From the NCBI GenBank assembly GCA_038217285.1, contig JBBQPO010000090.1:1-20024 (forward strand): 20,024 bases of DNA, in the 5' to 3' direction. Origin of the DNA: Chthonomonadales bacterium. Lineage in GTDB: Bacteria; Armatimonadota; Chthonomonadetes; Chthonomonadales; Chthonomonadaceae. Positions 16,984 through 20,024 of this stretch are shown piece after piece. The position numbers and the translations under genes are program-made. Every line of letters starts with the position of its first letter. Within the stretch, counting starts at the first letter, position 1. The notes beneath the pieces were generated by a model. That model was not told the origin of the DNA. It saw nothing but the letters and a program-made list of their open reading frames with translations, and did not search any database.

Positions 16984-17805
16984 TTATACAAGGCGTCTCC
17001 AGAAGGCGCCTGCGAAGTCGACGGTCTCGATCTTTTCCTGGATACCATGCTGCGCGCGATAGTCATCGACGGCCTGACGACAGGGTTCCAGCATCTCATA
17101 GTCGTCGATGATAACGAAGCCGCCGACCGAGAGCTTGGGGTAGAGAGCGTTCAAGCCGTCCAGGGTCGATTCGTACATATCGCCGTCCAGACGCATCACC
17201 GCCAGTTTCTGCATCGGAGCCGTGGGCAGCGTGTCGCGAAACCAGCCCTTGAGAAACTTCACCTGATCGTCCAGCAACTCGTAGCGGGCAAAGTTCCCCT
17301 GGACCTGCTCGACGGAGATCATTAGCTCCTTCATGGTGTGGTAGGGAATGTCGGCGTCCTGGGGGTATTTGGCGTTGTCGGGCGGCGGTAGACCTGCGAA
17401 CGAGTCGGCGACATAGACCGTCCGGTCGGCAACGCCGTGCGCCTTGAGAAGGGCGCGCATAAAGATCGCCGCGCCTCCGCGCCAGACGCCGGTTTCGATG
17501 AGGTCGCCGGGGATGTCGTCTGTCAGCGCGGTTTCGACGCAGTACTGGATGTTGTCCAGCCGTTGCAGGCTTAACATCGTCTGACCATCGGTTGGCCAGT
17601 CTCGGCCCGAAAGCCGCCTTTCCGGATCGAACTTCTTGGGACGTACAACTTCAACGCCTCCGGTGCGGATCGCCTTGAAGATCAACTGCTTCAGCAGTCC
17701 CCGCGGCGCGGTGTAAACGACCTCTTTGTCGCCATAGATCATATTCAAGAGGGAGCGCTTCATGAGATTGAGATAGAGCGTACAGCAGTCGTCCAATATT
17801 TTCAC
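16984..17805 (-). CDS. TylF/MycF/NovP-family (macrocin-type) SAM-dependent O-methyltransferase (273 aa)
   Basis: PGDLIETGVWRGG, ADSFAGLP, KGWFRDTLP, MRLDGDMYEST, GGFVIIDDY. Confidence 0.93.
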   Translation of the reverse strand: MKILDDCCTLYLNLMKRSLLNMIYGDKEVVYTAPRGLLKQLIFKAIRTGGVEVVRPKKFDPERRLSGRDWPTDGQTMLSLQRLDNIQYCVETALTDDIPGDLIETGVWRGGAAIFMRALLKAHGVADRTVYVADSFAGLPPPDNAKYPQDADIPYHTMKELMISVEQVQGNFARYELLDDQVKFLKGWFRDTLPTAPMQKLAVMRLDGDMYESTLDGLNALYPKLSVGGFVIIDDYEMLEPCRQAVDDYRAQHGIQEKIETVDFAGAFWRRLV

Positions 17806-17951
17806 CTGAGATCGTTCGTGGGGTTGGGCAGGCTTATATTTCGCGTATGTAGCGGTCGAATTCCTCCTTCCGTTACCGTCGGCGCGGCACCGTACTGTTC
17901 TCCCAAATCAGGGTTTCACTTCTCTTTCGCCCCTCCCGGCGGCATCGGAAT

Positions 17952-18692
17952 TCAGGCCGTGTGGAGGGCGGCCGCTTCGTTGCGTTCGGCGATGGCTTTC
18001 AGGTGCGCGGCGCGCTCCTTGGCCCCGGCGATATGATAGAGATCCGCGAAGATCAACAGCACGATCAGCCCGAAGATCCAGGCCCCGATGATGTCGGAAA
18101 ACCAGTGGACCCCGATATAGATACGGGTGAAGCTGATGCCGATGGGGGTGAGGGCCAGTACCGCCGTCCAGAAACGACGTCGCGGGAGGTCTTTGATGTA
18201 GGTCCAGGCGAGATAGGCCAGGAATCCGTAGACGATCACCGAACCCATGGCATGGCCGGAGGGAAAACTGTCTCCTGGTTCCGGAAAGAGAATTCGTACC
18301 AGGCTCGCCACCGGACGGGGACGATGGACGATCAGTTTCAGGAGCATATTCAGCGGCAAGCCGAGCAGCGTCAGCAGGCTGAAAAGCGCGGCCCGAGGGC
18401 GCCTGGCCTGCTTGAGAACCACAGCCGCCCCGATGCAGAGCAGGGTCATGAACAAGCCGTTGCCGAGCGTGGTGACAAAGAAGGCTATATAGTCACGTAC
18501 ATCGGTGTGGCCCTCTTGCACTTCGCGCGTGATGGCGGTATCGTAGTGCAGCAGCCAGGGGGTGCGGGCAAAAAACGCGAGCCCGCAAAACAGCACGAGC
18601 AGAAGGATTATAAGCCCAAGAGCCCGAGTCTGGCGGTGCCGAGCTGCGGGCGGCGGACTGTCCAGGGTGGTCGGTTGCGTGGTCGATTGCAT
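17952..18692 (-). CDS. PAP2-family membrane phosphatase (undecaprenyl-diphosphatase-like; ~246 aa)
   Basis: PAP2 motifs KLIVHRPRP, SFPSGH, TRIYIGVHWFSD; multiple TM helices. Start placed at ATG 18692, which has GGAGG upstream (alternative start 18755). Confidence 0.9.
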   Translation of the reverse strand: MQSTTQPTTLDSPPPAARHRQTRALGLIILLLVLFCGLAFFARTPWLLHYDTAITREVQEGHTDVRDYIAFFVTTLGNGLFMTLLCIGAAVVLKQARRPRAALFSLLTLLGLPLNMLLKLIVHRPRPVASLVRILFPEPGDSFPSGHAMGSVIVYGFLAYLAWTYIKDLPRRRFWTAVLALTPIGISFTRIYIGVHWFSDIIGAWIFGLIVLLIFADLYHIAGAKERAAHLKAIAERNEAAALHTA

Positions 18693-19085
18693 AGAACGAA
18701 CCCTCCGATACGATTCTTCCGGGATAACTGGTAGAGAAACGGGCCGTACCGACATCGGGTTCCCGAATTTGCACCCTCGCCAGGGTTCCGAGTGCCATCT
18801 CTGAGGAAAGTCTCAATCGGACTGAACGTATTCTCAATATCGCTGCGAGTATACCGACGTGTGACCTTTAGCTTCGGCTTCGTTATCTACCTTCTCTCCC
18901 GGATAACTCCTATTATCTTGGAGGAAATTCCGTTTCCGTGTCCAATTTGAGATTGCACTTCGGCTTCGTCCAGAAGGGCAAATCTTAGTCAACCACCTTC
19001 GGGCCTTTCTTCAGGCGACCACCGAATGTCCGACTATGCGGGTCGCCGCCTCTTCGACGAGGGCGACAGAAGCGAGGTTCTGGTT

Positions 19086-20024
19086 ATGAACGTATGGGGA
19101 TTTCTAGCTGTCTTCAGTCTGCTCGTGTTAAGCAGTGTTCAGGCGCACGGGGCGAAGTTGAGCTTCTTGGACAACGGGGTGATTCGGGTCGGGGTGGACC
19201 TGGAACAGGGGGGAACCATCACCTGGGTATCGGCCTCCGGGTCGGAGCGTAACGTGATCAACGCGCACGACCGGGGACGGCAGATACAGCTCTCCTTCTA
19301 CTCCGGCCCGCAGCCGTTCGGAACCGCACATCCGGACTGGAAAAACTGGCCCTGGAACCCTATCGGGACCGGGGATGTCTACGGTCACGCCAGCACGGTT
19401 CTCAAGCACACCAACGACGGGAAGACGCTCTACACGCGGAGCATTCCCCTCCAATGGGCCCTGAACAATGTGGCGGGCGAATGTACGTTCGAAACCTGGA
19501 TCACGCTGGATGGCGCGACGGCACATATTCGCAACCGCCTTGTCAATTATCGCCCGGACACCACGCAGTACCGCGCCTTCGATCAGGAGCTACCTGCGCT
19601 CTACACCATCGGGAAACTGCACCGTCTGTTCACTTACGACGGCGACCGGCCCTATACACAGGCCCCGCTTCGGCAGGTGGAGAACGACGGCCCGCCCTGG
19701 ACCTCCTGGAAGGCGACGGAGCACTGGGCCGCACTGCTGGACAACGACGGCTGGGGACTGGGAATCTATCATCCCAACCTTTTCTCGTTCATTGGCGGCT
19801 TCCACGGCAAGCCCGATACCGGCGGCCCGACCGACGATCCGACAGGCTACATCGCCCCGGTGCGCCAGGAGATCTTAGATCACAACATCGTCTACGACTA
19901 CGACTATGTGCTGATCCTCGGCAAACTGGAAACCATCCGTGCCTATGCCACAACACATCGACCACGCGACACCCGCCCGGACTACGTTTTCGCACACGAC
20001 CGGCAGCACTGGACCTATGTAAAC
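19086..20024 (+). CDS. Secreted hypothetical protein, truncated by window end (>313 aa)
   Basis: Not in the ORF track because it has no stop in the window. Manual translation is open to the end: MNVWGFLAVFSLLVLSSVQAHG (signal peptide) AKLSFLDNGVIRVGVDLEQGGTITW...NVINAHDRGRQIQLSFYSGP...WPWNPIGTGD...QELPALYT...TEHWAAL...GYIAP. GAGG SD upstream. Confidence 0.8.
   Translation, partial: MNVWGFLAVFSLLVLSSVQAHGAKLSFLDNGVIRVGVDLEQGGTITWVSASGSERNVINAHDRGRQIQLSFYSGPQPFGTAHPDWKNWPWNPIGTGDVYGHASTVLKHTNDGKTLYTRSIPLQWALNNVAGECTFETWITLDGATAHIRNRLVNYRPDTTQYRAFDQELPALYTIGKLHRLFTYDGDRPYTQAPLRQVENDGPPWTSWKATEHWAALLDNDGWGLGIYHPNLFSFIGGFHGKPDTGGPTDDPTGYIAPVRQEILDHNIVYDYDYVLILGKLETIRAYATTHRPRDTRPDYVFAHDRQHWTYVN

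Noticed and set aside
18872-18969. 12-bp direct repeat CTTCGGCTTCGT (18872-18883, 18958-18969) in a divergent intergenic region
   Set aside because: Only two copies of a low-complexity motif, no further structure; could be chance.

Overview
GC-rich bacterial DNA whose gene content resembles Armatimonadota/Planctomycetota (an inference from gene families). From left to right: (1) a 226-bp non-coding fold-back element with perfect 15-bp terminal inverted repeats starting exactly at base 1 (MITE-like); (2) minus-strand genes for a membrane-anchored ankyrin protein, a small membrane protein, a secreted DUF5722-like putative glycoside hydrolase and a Tat-exported Gfo/Idh/MocA oxidoreductase; (3) a GT2 glycosyltransferase; (4) a ~9.7-kb plus-strand cluster (7192-16930), the most interesting part. 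It comprises a small Gly/Pro-rich membrane protein, a prepilin-type/DUF1559 H-X9-DG protein and a strong hairpin, followed by three tightly coupled [membrane-anchored TPR protein + lipoprotein] pairs. The lipoproteins are an FG-GAP/ASPIC-UnbV (CRTAC1-like) protein, a 7-CxxCH multiheme cytochrome c and a second FG-GAP/ASPIC-UnbV protein. (5) A TylF/MycF-type O-methyltransferase, a PAP2 phosphatase and a secreted protein truncated by the right edge. No rRNA, tRNA, CRISPR array or transposase was seen. All family calls come from motif recognition by eye; no searches were run.
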